A stretch of 64,000 nucleotides of DNA from Octopus vulgaris (taxonomy: Eukaryota), in contig OX597831.1 in the NCBI GenBank assembly GCA_951406725.2, positions 37,572,001 to 37,636,000 on the forward strand, written 5' to 3'. Under the pieces are notes generated by a model that made no database searches, was not told the DNA's origin, and worked only from the letters and a program-made list of their open reading frames with translations. The stretch's first letter is position 1; every line of letters begins with the position of its first letter. The translations under genes and the position numbers were made by a program. Of this stretch, positions 41,188 to 55,288 are shown piece by piece.

Positions 41188-41495
41188 GGAGGCACATGGC
41201 CTAGTGTTTAGAGCAGCGGACTCGCAGTCGATGGATCGCGGGTACGAATCTCAGACAAGGCGATGTGTTTTTATGAGCGAAACACATAAGCCCAACGCGG
41301 CTCCGGCAGAAGGTGATGCCGAAACTCTGCTGACACTTTCGCCATAGCTTTTACTTGCTCTTCCCTCCTGCATCAAGCAGATCACCTGCGACGGACCGGC
41401 GTCCTGTCCAGTTGTCCCTATACGCCAATGAAACCCAGAAAGGGGCCCTTATGAGCCAGGCATGGCTCGAGAAGGAGCAAACAACAACAACGACA
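41188..41495 (+). mobile_element. tRNA-derived SINE family D
   Basis: A box TGGCCTAGTG, B box GGTACGAATC, tail ggctcgagaaggagca(aac)n. Confidence 0.85.
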
Positions 41496-41612
41496 ACCCT
41501 GATGCGGGTGATACGATCACATACGCCCCAGATGTGGCTGTCATGTCTCTATTTTAAATTAATTTATGTAGATTTACGTATCTTATTTAAGAAGCTTGTC
41601 GCTTTGTTAGGG

Positions 41613-41691
41613 CATTGATTCCCAACCTGGGATCCATGGGACCCTAGTGGTCCGCAAATATAGTACTGGAGGTCCGTAAAGTGAATTCAAA

Positions 41692-41751
<60 letters not shown>

Positions 41752-41814
41752 ACACTATACTTGTTCCACGTCTTCGCGTTGTTGTGTTTTCTCTTTGTGT
41801 TTTCATGTTTGGAT

Positions 41815-41876
<62 letters not shown>

Positions 41877-41987
41877 TGGGCAGGGATATTAAAATGGTCC
41901 GTGAGAAAACTTATTTAAATAAAAGAGTTGGGAACTATCGCTGGGAACCACCGTTGGCAATCACTATGAAAAGGTTGGGAACCACTG
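41613..41987. mobile_element. hAT/Charlie-like MITE with nested insert
   Basis: TIRs cattgattcccaacct / aggttgggaaccactg; imperfect 8-bp TSD tgttaggg/tgttattg; internal TA tract carries a truncated element. Confidence 0.7.
41750..41820 (+). mobile_element. Short 3' fragment of the 14073-14243 element
   Basis: cttgttccacgtcttcgcgttgttgtg...ggattaact(aact)n(TA)n. Confidence 0.8.
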
Positions 41988-42121
41988 TGTTATTGTATGA
42001 AGATGTAATGTCAAGAAGGTTTAGCTGCTTTCTCTCTAACAAAAAAAAATATTATAATCAAAAGAATATGTTCACTGTCCATTCTTAATGCCGGGAATAT
42101 TCAACATCCTTTCTAGAGTGG

Positions 42122-42318
42122 AACATGGCCTGAAAGTTTGGGGAGTGTGCTAGTTGATTGCATTGACCCCAGAGCTCAACTGGTATACATTTTATTGACT
42201 CTGAAAGGATGAAAGGTATAGTCAATCACAACGGAAATTTAACTCGGAAGGTAAAACCCGGAAGAAATGCCACAAATAATTTTGTCCGGTGTCCAAGCAA
42301 TTTTGCCTGCTTTCCGTC
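42122..42318 (-). mobile_element. SINE family B (degenerate)
   Basis: gaccccag...actggta...gaaaggatgaaagg. Confidence 0.65.
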
Positions 42319-42739
42319 TTTCCATGATATATAGAATGACAAAATAAAGTAAAATGTTAGAGATGTTTTTCTATTTTCATTAAAGCCATCTTCAAGGACA
42401 CGTTTCATTTATATGGACGCGTAAATCATTTTATCAGCTGTCGGTAAGATTGCTCTGGGAATAATGTTAAATTAGACCATGAAGAAATGTATCCAAACAG
42501 CACAAGTTATTCTATCCAATTATTTTGCCAAGTCAGCATTTTATATTAAATTTATTAAATCGCCGCCTGTTGTGAACTGCCACTACTCAACATTGGAATT
42601 ATAAAAGAGGAAATACACAACTTGAACTCGATACTTCATTCAGTTTAAATAGCAAAACTATACAAGAAAATAGAACTACAATTAGTTTTGGTTTAAACTA
42701 TCAAAATTTAATGACAAGAAAACAAAGAAACAGATAAAG

Positions 42740-44100
42740 AAAAATGGTGGGGGATTAAGTAGCTGAATATGGAGGAGGAGACAGCAACGGCCTACACATC
42801 CTTGAATAAATGGCGTGTTCAGCTGCTCCCCGCAACCATGACTTCAATGGAAGGTGTTTCCATGAGGAACGGCCAGATGCACTTGCTGCAGCAGTCACCC
42901 AATCTTATCGACCTCATTTTTCAGACGGGCCACAGTTAATCCAATTTTATGTAGGGAATCAGCAATGCGGGGTCCGAGAGCACCTGAGATCTCAATGAGA
43001 GTTAGACTCATGTATTAATTTTTTTTTCTCCTCTGCGGTGAAATCTGGGTTTGCAGACGCTGCAGAAACTTTGGAACCGGAGAATAAGTCGCTGAACATC
43101 GCGTCCCAAATTAGGGAGCGGCTTCCCTCGTATCAGAAGTGGGTTATTCTGTCGACGCGCTTACCGTCCCCGTGGTCAAAACCTACTGGTTCCATTTAAG
43201 AAGCGAAGCCAGCCATGTTGAAACCCCTTTTAATTACGTCATTCAGAGTGGCTTGTCGGGTGAACCGACCGGCGCCGTGGCTGGAGGACAATGGATGCTG
43301 GTCAAATTGATCGACTACCGTTCCGCAACGGCATTTGTGTGACTAACGCATGCGGGGACTGAGATACGGGGCCACTCCCATACGAATATTCTCATCATCT
43401 CGAAGGACACCGATGGATGAGGTGGCCACCGAAGTGGAACAGAGGCAGGCGAGGCGCTGCTGGTCCAAAAATGTGTCAGTCCAACCAAATGTAAACTTAC
43501 ATCTGGTATCGTCCCAATTACGTCGAGCATCTCTATTCTGGGGAACGACAAGGCCTTCAAGGGGCAAATTGGCTAGGGCTGACACCAGTTCTTGAGCCAC
43601 ATCAGGTTTAGCTATCCCCTGGAATATCACATCGATGAGGGTGCGGCTATGGGAGACCGACGTACGATAGGCCAGCAGAGCCAGTTCCAAAGTTGAACAG
43701 AGGCCCAAGGAAGCGAATTTAACAGGTTTTCTAGCCTGCTGCGAGCCAGCGCTGCCAACTCTGACATTGCAGATGAGTTCAGGATAAAGCCGTATGATGT
43801 AGTCTATATCGCTGAGGCCATCAGTAAGTAGCGACCTTAAGCAATTTCTCAAGAAGGAGGTTGCCGGGTGCGTATCAATTAGGCACAATGTCTCGATCAT
43901 CCTGGACAGGACCGCAAGCTTGGTGTCCAGGAACTCTCTTATTGTTTTCAAGAGGATTGGGGAGCGAAGAATACTGAAGGCTTATCTTGGTGTCTACCGA
44001 GCCCCCACAAAAACGTACTGGATGCTGAGTACGGCGTCCTCAACGTAGCTCTCGTATATCACAGTCGACTTGCAAGGGCTGGGATAACCTTTCGAAGGTC
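42740..44100 (-). mobile_element. CRE-like non-LTR retrotransposon 3' fossil
   Basis: ORF 43343..43951 (QQARKPVKFASLGL, LALLAY, WDD) continues with frameshifts into HKCRCGTVVDQFDQHPLS..GAGRFTR..LNDVIKR, EPVGFDHGDGKRVD, LIWDA: decayed CCHC knuckle plus RLE motifs of the CRE clade. Confidence 0.8.
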
Positions 44101-44930
44101 CCTATCTACAAACTCACTTTGCATAATATTTAAATAATTAGTGATTAAATTATTAACAGCACACCTGGTGGCCCTTTTTTTTACCGCAATTGTTTCTGTT
44201 TTGTTGCCCCAGATTCATATTTCAGTCATCATGATCATCAGCATCATCATGATCATCATCATGATCATCATCATGATCATCATCATAAATGATATTCATC
44301 ACAGTACCAAACACATACGCATCATCAACAATGACGCCTCCGTAATCTCCATCACCATCAATCACATAACACAATCAGTGTACCCAGTGTATGCAGCTTT
44401 CCTATCACAACTAGAAAAAATAAAAGACAGCTATCATCATCTCCAATACTAAGAACAAGAACAAGAACAAACAACCATAACAGTTACAGTAAACCCTCCC
44501 TGACAGCTATACTGTTACTCATATAGCCACAGCAAGTACATTCAGCAAGCCGTGTCACACCATCTCCATAATCGCCCGCCCCAACGAAACCATTGATTAT
44601 AACCGCAACCATCACCCTAACCACTACAATTACTTCTACAGTTACACCAACATCAGCACCATCTATACCGCTTGCATTCAGTCACTATGAGACATGGCGT
44701 AGACATTTCTAAATAATCATTGAACCAGTCAAAATTTGCGGCTGCATTTACCTCAAATCAAACATCAGTGTATGAGTGAAGGTCACGATAGGCAACGTGG
44801 ACATTGTTTGCTAGTACGTGGGTAAAAGAAATAACAATTGTGGTTAGACATTCTTCAATCATTGATCTTTTGAATCAGAGCTGGATAGGAATTAACAGCA
44901 ACAAGCAATTAGCATTATAAAGTAGCTATA

Positions 44931-45345
44931 TTTATTTCTTTATTGTCCACAGGGAGCTAAACATAGACAGGTCAAACAAAGACAGAGAAAGGGATTAAGT
45001 CGATTACATCGACCCCAGTGCGTAAGTGGTACTTATTTAATCGACCCCGAAAGAATGAAAGGCAAAGTCGACCTCGGCGGAATTTGAACTCAGAACGTAG
45101 CGGCAGACGAAATACCTATTTCTTTACTTCTCACAAGGGGCTAAACACAGAGGGGACAAACAAGGACAGACAAACGGATTAAGTCGATTATATCGACCCC
45201 AGTGCGTAACTGGTACTTAATTTATCGACCCAGAAAGAATGAAAGGCAAAGTCGACCTCGGCGGAATTTGAACTCAGAACGTAACGGCAGACAGAATATG
45301 GCTACGCATTTCGCCCGGCGAGCTAACGTTTCTGCCAGCTCGCCG
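44931..45345 (-). mobile_element. SINE family B, dimeric copy
   Basis: Same gaaatac|ctatttcttt junction as 20437-20851. Confidence 0.9.
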
Positions 45346-45357
45346 TCCTATATAATA

Positions 45358-45611
45358 TTAGTTTGGTGCATAATTATTGCGGTTTTTCCTTTTCAATATA
45401 TCTTATTCAACAAAAAATAATAACATCATTGAACAAAAACATATTTAAATGACGGCCTGACTATCTGCAAAGCAAATGGGAAGCAGTAATTGAAGTAGAT
45501 GGTGAATATGCTCCGGAATAATCATTTAAAGATGTTTTTGTTAAATGTTGTTATTGTATTTGTTGAATAAAATTTATCGAAAGAAGCCGCAATAATTATG
45601 CACCAACCTAA
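45358..45611. mobile_element. Mariner-derived MITE with ~95-bp TIRs and TA TSD
   Basis: ta|ttagtttggtgcataattattgcggt ... ccgcaataattatgcaccaacctaa|ta; centre encodes SKWEAVIEVDGEYAPE*. Confidence 0.9.
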
Positions 45612-46365
45612 TAGTTAAATATATAATCTTGGTAAACGAAGACAAGCATAGGAACAATTACAGTCAATCAAAGGAATGGAAATCAGCTCTTGGGAAACAG
45701 GCGCACTCTAATGTCCAAGAGACTGAAATTGGGAAGAAGCGGAATATAAGATGCTATAGGTTACATACTCAACAATCGAGACTTGGTGAAGGGAAGATTA
45801 GGAATACACCAGCCGATATTTACCATGCTAAATCCCACCATTGAATGCCACATCACAACTTATTTACAATGACGACAACAGAAGCAAAGACAAGGATGAC
45901 AATAGCAGTAACACTTCTTTCTAATTCAGTCAAGTAAAAACAATCATTTTTAATTCTACGTATGTGTTACACTTTGTCAAAATATCACTAAGCTATCATC
46001 ACTAAGCTATATAATCATGAACGCTGACAAGAAAATGTCGACACACAGAACCACCACCAACATCGCAGCATATCATAAAAATAGTAACTCCTCACCGATA
46101 TTCATTCTGTTTACAAATTCCAGGTGTCATATTGGAAATAGTTCGGAAAGAAACAATCTAATGAACTAAACAAGAAATCATTTGTTAAAAATTGTTGTTA
46201 CTTCTGTCTGTCGCCCTCTCTTTCTATCTCTCTTTCTCCCTCTCTCTCTAACGTTTTCTTCTCTTTCTCTCAATTCATCAACACACGTATGGGGAAAAAG
46301 TGTGAGACGAAGAGAGAAAGGGCAGGGAGAGGGATATATATTTACAGATATATGTATACACACAC

Positions 46366-46444
<79 letters not shown>

Positions 46445-46617
46445 TGTATATATGTGCGTGTTTTGTGTTCTATCTATTATAATGTAATTTTTGCCTTCTT
46501 AAATTTCTAAATATTTGTTAACATATTTTTCAGTTCTTGTGAGATGTGTTATACTTTGCCTAAAGCTGGAAAAATAGGAAGTCATAACTTCAACACTTTT
46601 ACATTTAGGTCACCGAC

Positions 46618-46676
<59 letters not shown>

Positions 46677-46677
46677 A

Positions 46678-46719
<42 letters not shown>

Positions 46720-46752
46720 TGTATATATATATATATATATATATATATCTAA

Positions 46753-46786
<34 letters not shown>

Positions 46787-47659
46787 AAAAAGAGAGAGAT
46801 ACGTAGATAAAAAGTTATAGATTTGTATACATGCATATATGCATATATGGTGCGTGTGTAAAGATATATATATTTATATAGCTGACACAGAAGTGTTCTC
46901 TAGCGGACCCGACTACCAGGCGACAGACTAATCCAATACACAGAATTATAATGTAGATTTCTAAGTACCCGAAATCCAAGAGACACGATTCATGAGAGGA
47001 ATGTCAGAAGATTATATAACCCATTCAATGTCACGAGGTATGAGAAGTGAATATCTGTATTCTGCTACTTGGCATCTTTAAGTATACGGCCATGCCGCAC
47101 TTATCAATATGTAATAATAGTTATATGTTTACACATAGATGCAGATAAGTGAAGCTAACTCATTACATCACCGAAACATCATGGGTACGCCAATTATTCA
47201 AATCTACATACACACAAAAAATATTCTCTTTTATTTTTCTTACGTAAACGTATATACACCTTTTTAAATGTCCCACTTTCACATTCATCCACGGGTCTAA
47301 AATAATATGTCATAAATTGCCCATATCTGAAACAGAATTGATGAGATATTTAGGAAAACAGCCCAAAAATCTTGCTTCCATACAACATAAACTTTCAAAT
47401 TTCTATTAATGAAATTGTTTATAGATCAAAGAAATTTAGAGATAAATATGCTGTAAAATAAACTCTGTACTTACTCACATCATCTAGTAAACAAAAAAGG
47501 AAAAAAAAAATTAGTTAACACTATATAATGCTCGATTAATAACCTTCACCTTCCAAATCCAAACAAGATATAGATTAGATAACATCAATAGTAATTAGAG
47601 AAATTTATTAAGCTGCTAGAATATAACACCTTCTTACATTCTTTTGTAAACCCTTAAAA

Positions 47660-47800
47660 GTTCGATCCCAATAAAGAACCGATACACTCAATCACTAGAT
47701 TTTCAAATGCTGGACTAAAATTTACATTGGCGAAGCAGAGTATTAGATCCATTAAGACTAAAAATAACTAAAACTCGTGACAGATCATCTGGCTAAAACC
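47660..47800 (+). pseudogene. Possible second decayed GIY-YIG (Penelope-like) segment
   Basis: YIGE followed, after a frameshift, by RSIKTKI; preceded by KEPI. Confidence 0.35.
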
Positions 47801-48840
47801 TTCTACTTATCAACTTCCTTTTTGTAAAGCGCTGAAAAAGACTCACATGACATGGAGCTGACACACCTAAATATCCACACCGGTTTGAAACATCTGCATG
47901 CATTAATTGATTGTGGACAAAAATATGACACCAATTTTAATCGCTAAACATTTCTCCGCAACATCTTTCCGTTACAACCCATCCTAAAACCTTATTACCA
48001 TTGAACTGAACTACACAAACGTCAGAAAGTCTTTTATCTCAACACAGATGATATACAGCCAAAATTAACTTAATGCATCTCAGCCCGATACTGGCTTAGT
48101 TGGTGGAAACGTAGAAGTCGCAGTCAATACTCTTCATGCTAAAAAAAGTAATTTATATACATAGATTCTTTTATGCGAATGATGTGTTGAAACGTAAACG
48201 CGTTAGTTGTCTGACAACTGGTTTTATGGTTCATTTAGCCGTTTTTCAGAGAAGACTTAGAGAATATTCTTAGATAAGCCATAGCAAAGAACATACAGAT
48301 AAAATATTAAGTAGCTTTATTAAGTTAACACTCTGGTGATTAGTTTAATTTCTATGTTTGTTCAGTTGAATTTTCATTGTTAATTAAATTATTTTATGCT
48401 AAATGAGTGAAAAAGATTTAATTATTATAAATTATTATAAATCTTCATTCTGACTGAATTAGAAGTATATGAACACTTATTCTAGGATTTTGATGTGCGA
48501 CTAAATAGGAGAGAGGCCTCAAGCAGGCACCTTCTCTGTTTTGATAAATGAGTTCGATATAGTCGTCCGAGAAATAGATGACATTAAAGGGAGAATTTTG
48601 TTGGGTATGAGAAGTGGAAGAGTCATAATTTCCACGTTAGTCGAGCAGGGAAGTATTTTTGCCACTGTTCGGTTTTTAACTGAAAAAGTAACATAAATTT
48701 TGTAACAGATCTGATGGCTAAGCATGATGAAAAACAGTAAGATAATTAGAAAAAGCATAATATCGTAGGTAAATACTCATGTCAAACAAAAGGAATAATA
48801 TGTTTGGAATAAATTTTCAAATGTGAAATTGAATCTCTTA

Positions 48841-48921
48841 ATTCAATACAGACCAACTGGACACGGACGATGTGAAAGATCTCACGATATCTATAGACAA
48901 ACACTTGCCATTATCTTATAA
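48841..48921 (+). pseudogene. Possible DDE integrase fragment
   Basis: IQYRPTGHGRCERSHDIYRQTLA resembles the Y-x-P-x-x-N-G-x-x-E-R integrase motif. Confidence 0.35.
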
Positions 48922-49417
48922 AATCAGGTGAATTTCGTTATTTGACATGAAGTCGCATGACTGACAAACACTTTCACCCGTATTTCACTTCCACTTATGG
49001 AAACAAAATGGATAATTAGGGTTAAGAAGAAAGAAATATGGAATCAGGCCCATGATGTAATTGATTCTAAATTTTAAACTCAGCCACACTCACAAGAAAG
49101 GAGTAGGAATGACACTCGAAATTTTATAGGAGAGTATTGCAGACCTGACGGAGTTTTAACTTCTGAAGCAGAAAAAAATGTGACTAAAGGATATTTCAAA
49201 AATTTTCGAGAAAGGAGGAAATTAGCGATGCATTTAATGCAGTGGTGCAAAGAAGAAGGAATTCAAGCACAGTGGGGAGAGATTAAAGGAACTAGGGTTT
49301 GTTTAACTTCAGCCATGATGTAGCAAAATAATCTAAAGGGGACTAGATGTGAAAAGAAAAACTGTAACCAGATCATAAATTTCATCAAATGATATCGATA
49401 TATACGTATATATTTAT

Positions 49418-50210
49418 AAGGATAAAAATCACGTTAATAATTCTTATCAAGTAGTCAGCATGGAATAAAAATGAATAGGCAATTAATGCATTAAATTAAT
49501 AATAATGTACATATGTATATAATTATATCAAGGGAGCTAGGGCAAAGAAGTCCTTTCTCCAGCATGCTTGAAGTATAGATGCCTTAAAAAAAAAACTACC
49601 AAAAACTCCAGCTAAATTTACAGAAAGCGGGCTATTGAGTGAAAATTAAAAAATACCCCATGTTAATTGTGAATGGGTTCCAATTTCTGGATTAAAGCAA
49701 AAAATGCCTTATTCCTTGGTCAACACCATAACCAAGGGGAAATATAAGCCCACATAATTGTACATACCGTCCAAAACATGTTCACACGTCTACATAAAAT
49801 CGTATAGATCCAAGAAAAGTCAATTTTAAATCCCCTCACATCAGCCAACGTGTATATTATTAGAATAGACAAGTAGTAAATTCTATTCCGTTCAAGGGTA
49901 AAAATAATTAAATTATTTTATTTAAATTATTTATTAATTCATAAAAGAATATAAGGATAAAAATCACGTTAATGATATTTATCAAGGAGTCAGCATGCTA
50001 TAAATATTTATAGGCAATTAATACATTAGAATAATAATAATAATGTACATATGTATACAATTATATCAAGAGACCTAGGCCGAAAACGACCTGTCTCCAG
50101 CATAATTGAAGTATTGATACCTTCAAAAAACTACAAAAAACGCGGTACTTTTTTGAAGGTATGGGCACAACAAGCATGCTGGAGAATGGTCCTTTTCGCC
50201 CTAGCTCCCT

Positions 50211-50216
<6 letters not shown>
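49418..50216. mobile_element. (TA)n-flanked element with direct repeat plus terminal inverted copy
   Basis: gataaaaatcacgttaat...ctccagcat at 49420 and 49956; 50145-50216 is an inverted copy of 50063-50130. Confidence 0.8.
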
Positions 50217-50288
<72 letters not shown>

Positions 50289-50289
50289 G

Positions 50290-50470
50290 TAATTTATAAG
50301 AAAACAAAAGGCAAAGACAAGTGTATGAACAACAAGCAAGTGTCTCAATTTGACGCTCGATAAAAATACAAAAGTCTTTTACGTTTCAAGCCTAGGCTCT
50401 TCAACAGAAAGGAATAAGAGAAAATAAATAGAGGGTGAAAAAATCTTGTAGATTTTGGCGGTCCAGCTAA
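50290..50470 (-). mobile_element. Short (TA)n-inserted element (family of 13850-14015)
   Basis: TA-flanked and carries a hammerhead-like motif. Confidence 0.7.
50376..50411 (-). ncRNA. Putative minimal hammerhead, variant core
   Basis: rc reads CTTT-CTGTTGA-A-GAGC-CTAG-GCTT-GAA-ACGT-A-AAAG; A6 replaced by U. Confidence 0.45.
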
Positions 50471-51009
50471 ACATATATATAATGTGAGCAGAAGTTATAT
50501 CCGACATTTCGACAATAATTCTATTTCCTGAGAAAATAATTTTAAACCTTTTGCGTAATAGCTGATGGGACATTCTATTTTTCATTGTATTTTGAAGTAC
50601 TATATCTTGAAAACTAGGTAATGTCCAGAAGCATATGACATATCATCTGAGACTGTAACTTATATAATACAGAATTCATCTAGTTAGAGTAAAGATAGTA
50701 AGTATTATTATTGCGTATATCGTGAAACCTGAACTGAGCAATATATATAAAAAATCCCTTTTAGGCTCTCAGATATTTTTCTGGGTTTTAGCTGTTTTTG
50801 TTTTTGTTTTAGGTACTTTTTATTCATTATCCCGATGCTTCACATTTGAGTGCTTAGTAGTCAGAAAGGCAACAAGTTGGTGGAAACGAAGACAACAAAA
50901 GACAACAAAAAGTACAACAATAAAACAAGTTCTTTCAACAAAGAAAATCCATCAGAAAACTGTGTTAACATTGAAAATCCCCGGACATAAAACATCAGAA
51001 TCTATACAC

Positions 51010-51076
<67 letters not shown>

Positions 51077-51084
51077 AAAATATG

Positions 51085-51130
<46 letters not shown>

Positions 51131-51145
51131 AAAATATGTATATAA

Positions 51146-51204
<59 letters not shown>

Positions 51205-51713
51205 TATATATATATATACACGCAAAAAAGTAAAACATCTTTTTTTTTTCGAGGACAAGTGCTGAGAAGGTAATGTAATTTTCAAAAGATAGAAATCATA
51301 GTAATAGTGAAAAAAAAGAAATAATAAGAACCGAAAAAAAAAGAAGAGAGAAAAAACACAGACCTGCTTTGAAGAGCTATAGTGCTTTTACAGCTTGGCT
51401 AATAACCAGACGTGGAAGCCCACAGGAAACAGCGACCATCATATTTATTGAAAATTGCATGAGAATCAATTTGCAAATTCGGTTTCTCAGTGGCAAGTAG
51501 CCATGGATATTTGTTATAAGCGAATATATTCCTTACCTAGAGCAGTTGTCAGAAAGACTGCCAATGTGGAATTCACAAGCGTTTCAGACACTCGAAGAGG
51601 GCATACGAGCATATATGTGTGTAGAGAGTTGCGTTGGGTACACATACATACATACATGTATAGATATACATAATTCAAATATACATACATACATACATGC
51701 ATACATATATATG

Positions 51714-51779
<66 letters not shown>

Positions 51780-53079
51780 TATACATCAATATGTATATGT
51801 ATATATATATATATATATATATCTATATTTGCATATGTATGTGTAGGAATTGATGTATAAATACTCATACACTTGCATCTTTGTGTATATAATTGCATGA
51901 AATATATGCGTAAAAGCCAAACGCGAAATCTTGGACTATACACTCTCTATCTCTGCACTTCTCTTTCTCCCCCCCTCTCTCTCTCTCATCATATATATGT
52001 ATGTATACATATGTGTTTGTGTGTGTCTGTAGATATGTATGGACGTATCAATAAATTGCCTTTGAAATCAAAATGTACATGATACTTCTGTAAATACATA
52101 TTTGAAAGATATTTTCATTTATTTTGAGATGAGTACAGATAACAATAGACAAATTCACACATTTACACACACACACACCAGCGCGCGCGCACACGCACGC
52201 GTACATACACACGCAACATCTACACACATAATGTCGCATCTCCAGTTGTGCATACGAATATTGAAACTTTCAAGTTTTTTCTTGCGCATGATGAATACGT
52301 GACATTAGATGTCTTAGTTTCAAATATAAGCTTTCCTTCCTCAACGATACTGAGAACTAACTTTTCTTCTGTATGTGCTATAGATTATTAATTGGTAAAT
52401 ATTAAAACCCAGCGGTTAGTCTTTGTAATCCTTTAAGGAGGTACCCCTCTGTTTCCAGCATTCAGTTAAGGTCCCTCGACTGAAATCAAGAATTATTTAC
52501 TTCACAGTAAACCCAAACTACAAGTTACAATCCTTGTTGCGATGTAGACGTTTTTGTTCCTGAATGACATTCAGGACTATGCCAACGGAGAGTAGGCTCT
52601 TAGTAGCGGTCTCATTTGTGATTATTGTCAAGAGATAGAAGGGATACTAATATGGTTCACCCGTTACCAGAGATATGAAACGTTTTGCGTGAGACCGCAT
52701 ACCACCGAGAAAAAAGAGCAAGGTTACAGAATGACAATTCACAACCAACAAGTCCTGGAGACAAAGGGGAAAATACGACGATACCCTAGTGTCCACAGTG
52801 AGACATGTGTTTACGTACGTAGTATCGTTAAAGTAGAAAGTTCTGTGAAAAAATATAATGGACGTCGGCTATCCGTCTAATATTGATTGTATTAGATTGA
52901 AGCTTTGTGTCCTGCGGTTATAGCTTTGTGAAATGAAATTCTGTCCAGCTTATTTGCTTTGTACAATCTTCATAAATGCAAATACAGATCTTATGTGAAT
53001 CCATTCTATTTGATTGATTATGAAAAAAAAAACACATCATAGACGACAAGAAACATTAGAAGAGGAGGACATAATGAAC

Positions 53080-53457
53080 GTACTTTTTTCAGTCATTTGA
53101 CTGCAGCCATGCTGGAGCACGGAATTTATTCCAAAAAATCGACCTCAAGTATTATTCTTTGTAAGCCTGGTACATATTCTATCGGTTTCTTTTGCCAAAC
53201 CGCTAAGTTACGGGGGCGTAAACGCACCAACATCGGTTGTTAAGCGATGGTGGTGGGATAAACACAGATACAGACACACACATATAAACATATACATATA
53301 TATATGCATATACGACGGGCTTCTTTCAGTTTCCCGCTGAAAAATCCACTCACAAAGCTTTGGTCTACCCGAGGCTATAGCAGAAGCCTCGTGGCCGGAG
53401 ACTGAACCCGGGACCATGTGTTTGGGAAGCAAACTTTTAACACACAGCCACGCCTGA
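53080..53457 (-). mobile_element. SINE family A
   Basis: Head-to-tail match. Confidence 0.88.
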
Positions 53458-53811
53458 GAATGTAATTTTCTTTTGATAGTTGAATATTTTAGAAATTATT
53501 TTACATGGATTTCGTCCAATCAACCAATGACATTGGTCCAATCCAGGAATATCTATAATGCTTGAAGTCATTGAATTTCTTCTTTCACTCATTTTCTCTC
53601 AAAATAGCAAAAATACATATATACGATTGCAGAAACATATAAAGCGTAAGATACAGACGAATATCAGATGGTTAAAAAAACTGATATTGTTTTGTCAAGC
53701 AGCTTATAGTTCAAGATTTCACCATTATTACAGGTAAATATTTACGCATATATTTAGATACGAAGGATAATCAACATGAATTTTGAGGAAATTTTGGGCA
53801 AACATATTCTC

Positions 53812-53945
53812 AGGCGTGGCTGTGTGGTAAGAAGCTTGCTTCCCAACCTCATGCTTCTGGATTGCGTGCAAGCTGCGCAGATGTCTTCTACTATAGATTC
53901 GGGCCGACCAAAACATTGTGAGTGGATTTGGTAGACGGAAACCCA
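53812..53945 (+). mobile_element. SINE family A, 5' fragment
   Basis: ggcgtggctgtgtggtaagaagcttgc...gagtggatttggtagacggaaac. Confidence 0.85.
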
Positions 53946-54516
53946 AACGGAAACAGGTTGATCATGTGTGCTAATTTAACCAAAAATCCCATGTGCACTT
54001 ATGTTTAAAAATAACTTATTTCATTATATGATTTAAGGCCAAAAACAGGATGGTTATAGTTGTAATGTTCTATAACACACATCTACCCAATTGCCGTTTA
54101 TCTAGATTTAAACAACACAAATCGCAAGCTCCAAGTGAGCTATGAAGTTACAGAAATACCCACAGATGTACGAATACGTTTACGTTGCATATAAATGGAA
54201 TATATGATAAGGCTAAAAGTTTCGACAGCTCAGTAGTACCAGGAGAAAGGAAAAGAAATAGCGTATTCAGTCTGGCAGTGATGATATATCCCACTGTTTC
54301 GGGAAAAGTTTATCGAAGTCCACATACACATACACACACATAAATATATATGTGTGTATAAATATATATGTACTTACATATATGCATAAATGTACGTATA
54401 TGTATATATATATATGTGTGTGTGTGTGTGTATGCATGTATGCATGTATATACGTAAATACATATGCATATATACGTGTAAGTACGTATATGTACATATA
54501 TATATATATATATATA

Positions 54517-55208
54517 CAAAATGGGACAAGAACGCCAAATATCCAGACAGTTAGGAGATACAAAAGAAAGAGACAACACAACATCCAGATAGACGATACA
54601 AAGAAAACAATGACGGGTCATTCAGAGTTTTCTTTCCTCAGTCGAGTTCCAGATTATCTTTGCAATTACGGCTGTATATACTCAAGATTGCTCCAATCTG
54701 GCCAGCCCCAAGGAAAAACTAGGCTAAGAGTATTAGATCCCTGGGAAGAAAGCAGTGAATGTATACGAAAACAAGAAGGGAAGAAAAGGAGAATGTTACA
54801 CAAATAGAAATAACAGGACATAACAACAGATGTCTTTCAACTAAGGACGAATTAAATTAAGCTGGCGCGTGTAGAAATATAGCCTTACGGAAGGATACAA
54901 GATTTCACAGGCACAGGTAGGAATATGGATGTTGCACGGACGACGGCCAAAGCAATAAAGAAAGATCAGGCTTGACCGCACACCGGTCACGTGGGGAGAG
55001 AAGAGAGAGCGGTAGAGGCAGAGGGATAGAAGAGTTAAGGAGGAGCAAGAAAAAATGACTGGGGCACAGTGAAGTGAAAAGAGGAGAGAAAGTGAGCAAG
55101 AAGAGAAGGCATGGAAATGTGAGAGAGGAGGAACGAAAGAACGAAGAGTGGAATGAACGAATAAGCGTGAGAGTGCTGATATAAGAGACAAAAGTGTACA
55201 TACGCCGC
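54517..55208 (-). mobile_element. (TA)n-flanked ~690-bp element (strand inferred)
   Basis: TA tracts on both sides; its left end is repeated at 55946-56075 (caaaatggga..aacgc..catccagatagacgatacaaagaaaac..ttcctcagtcgagttccag). Confidence 0.7.
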
Positions 55209-55239
<31 letters not shown>

Positions 55240-55288
55240 AAACAAGTAAAAAATAGAAAATGCTAAAATAATTTTATAGTGAACATTT

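Noticed and set aside
54612-54646. Minus-strand CTGAGGA...GAAT hammerhead candidate (also near 56000-56033)
   Set aside because: GAAT rather than GAAA, no palindromic stem III and no stem I pairing
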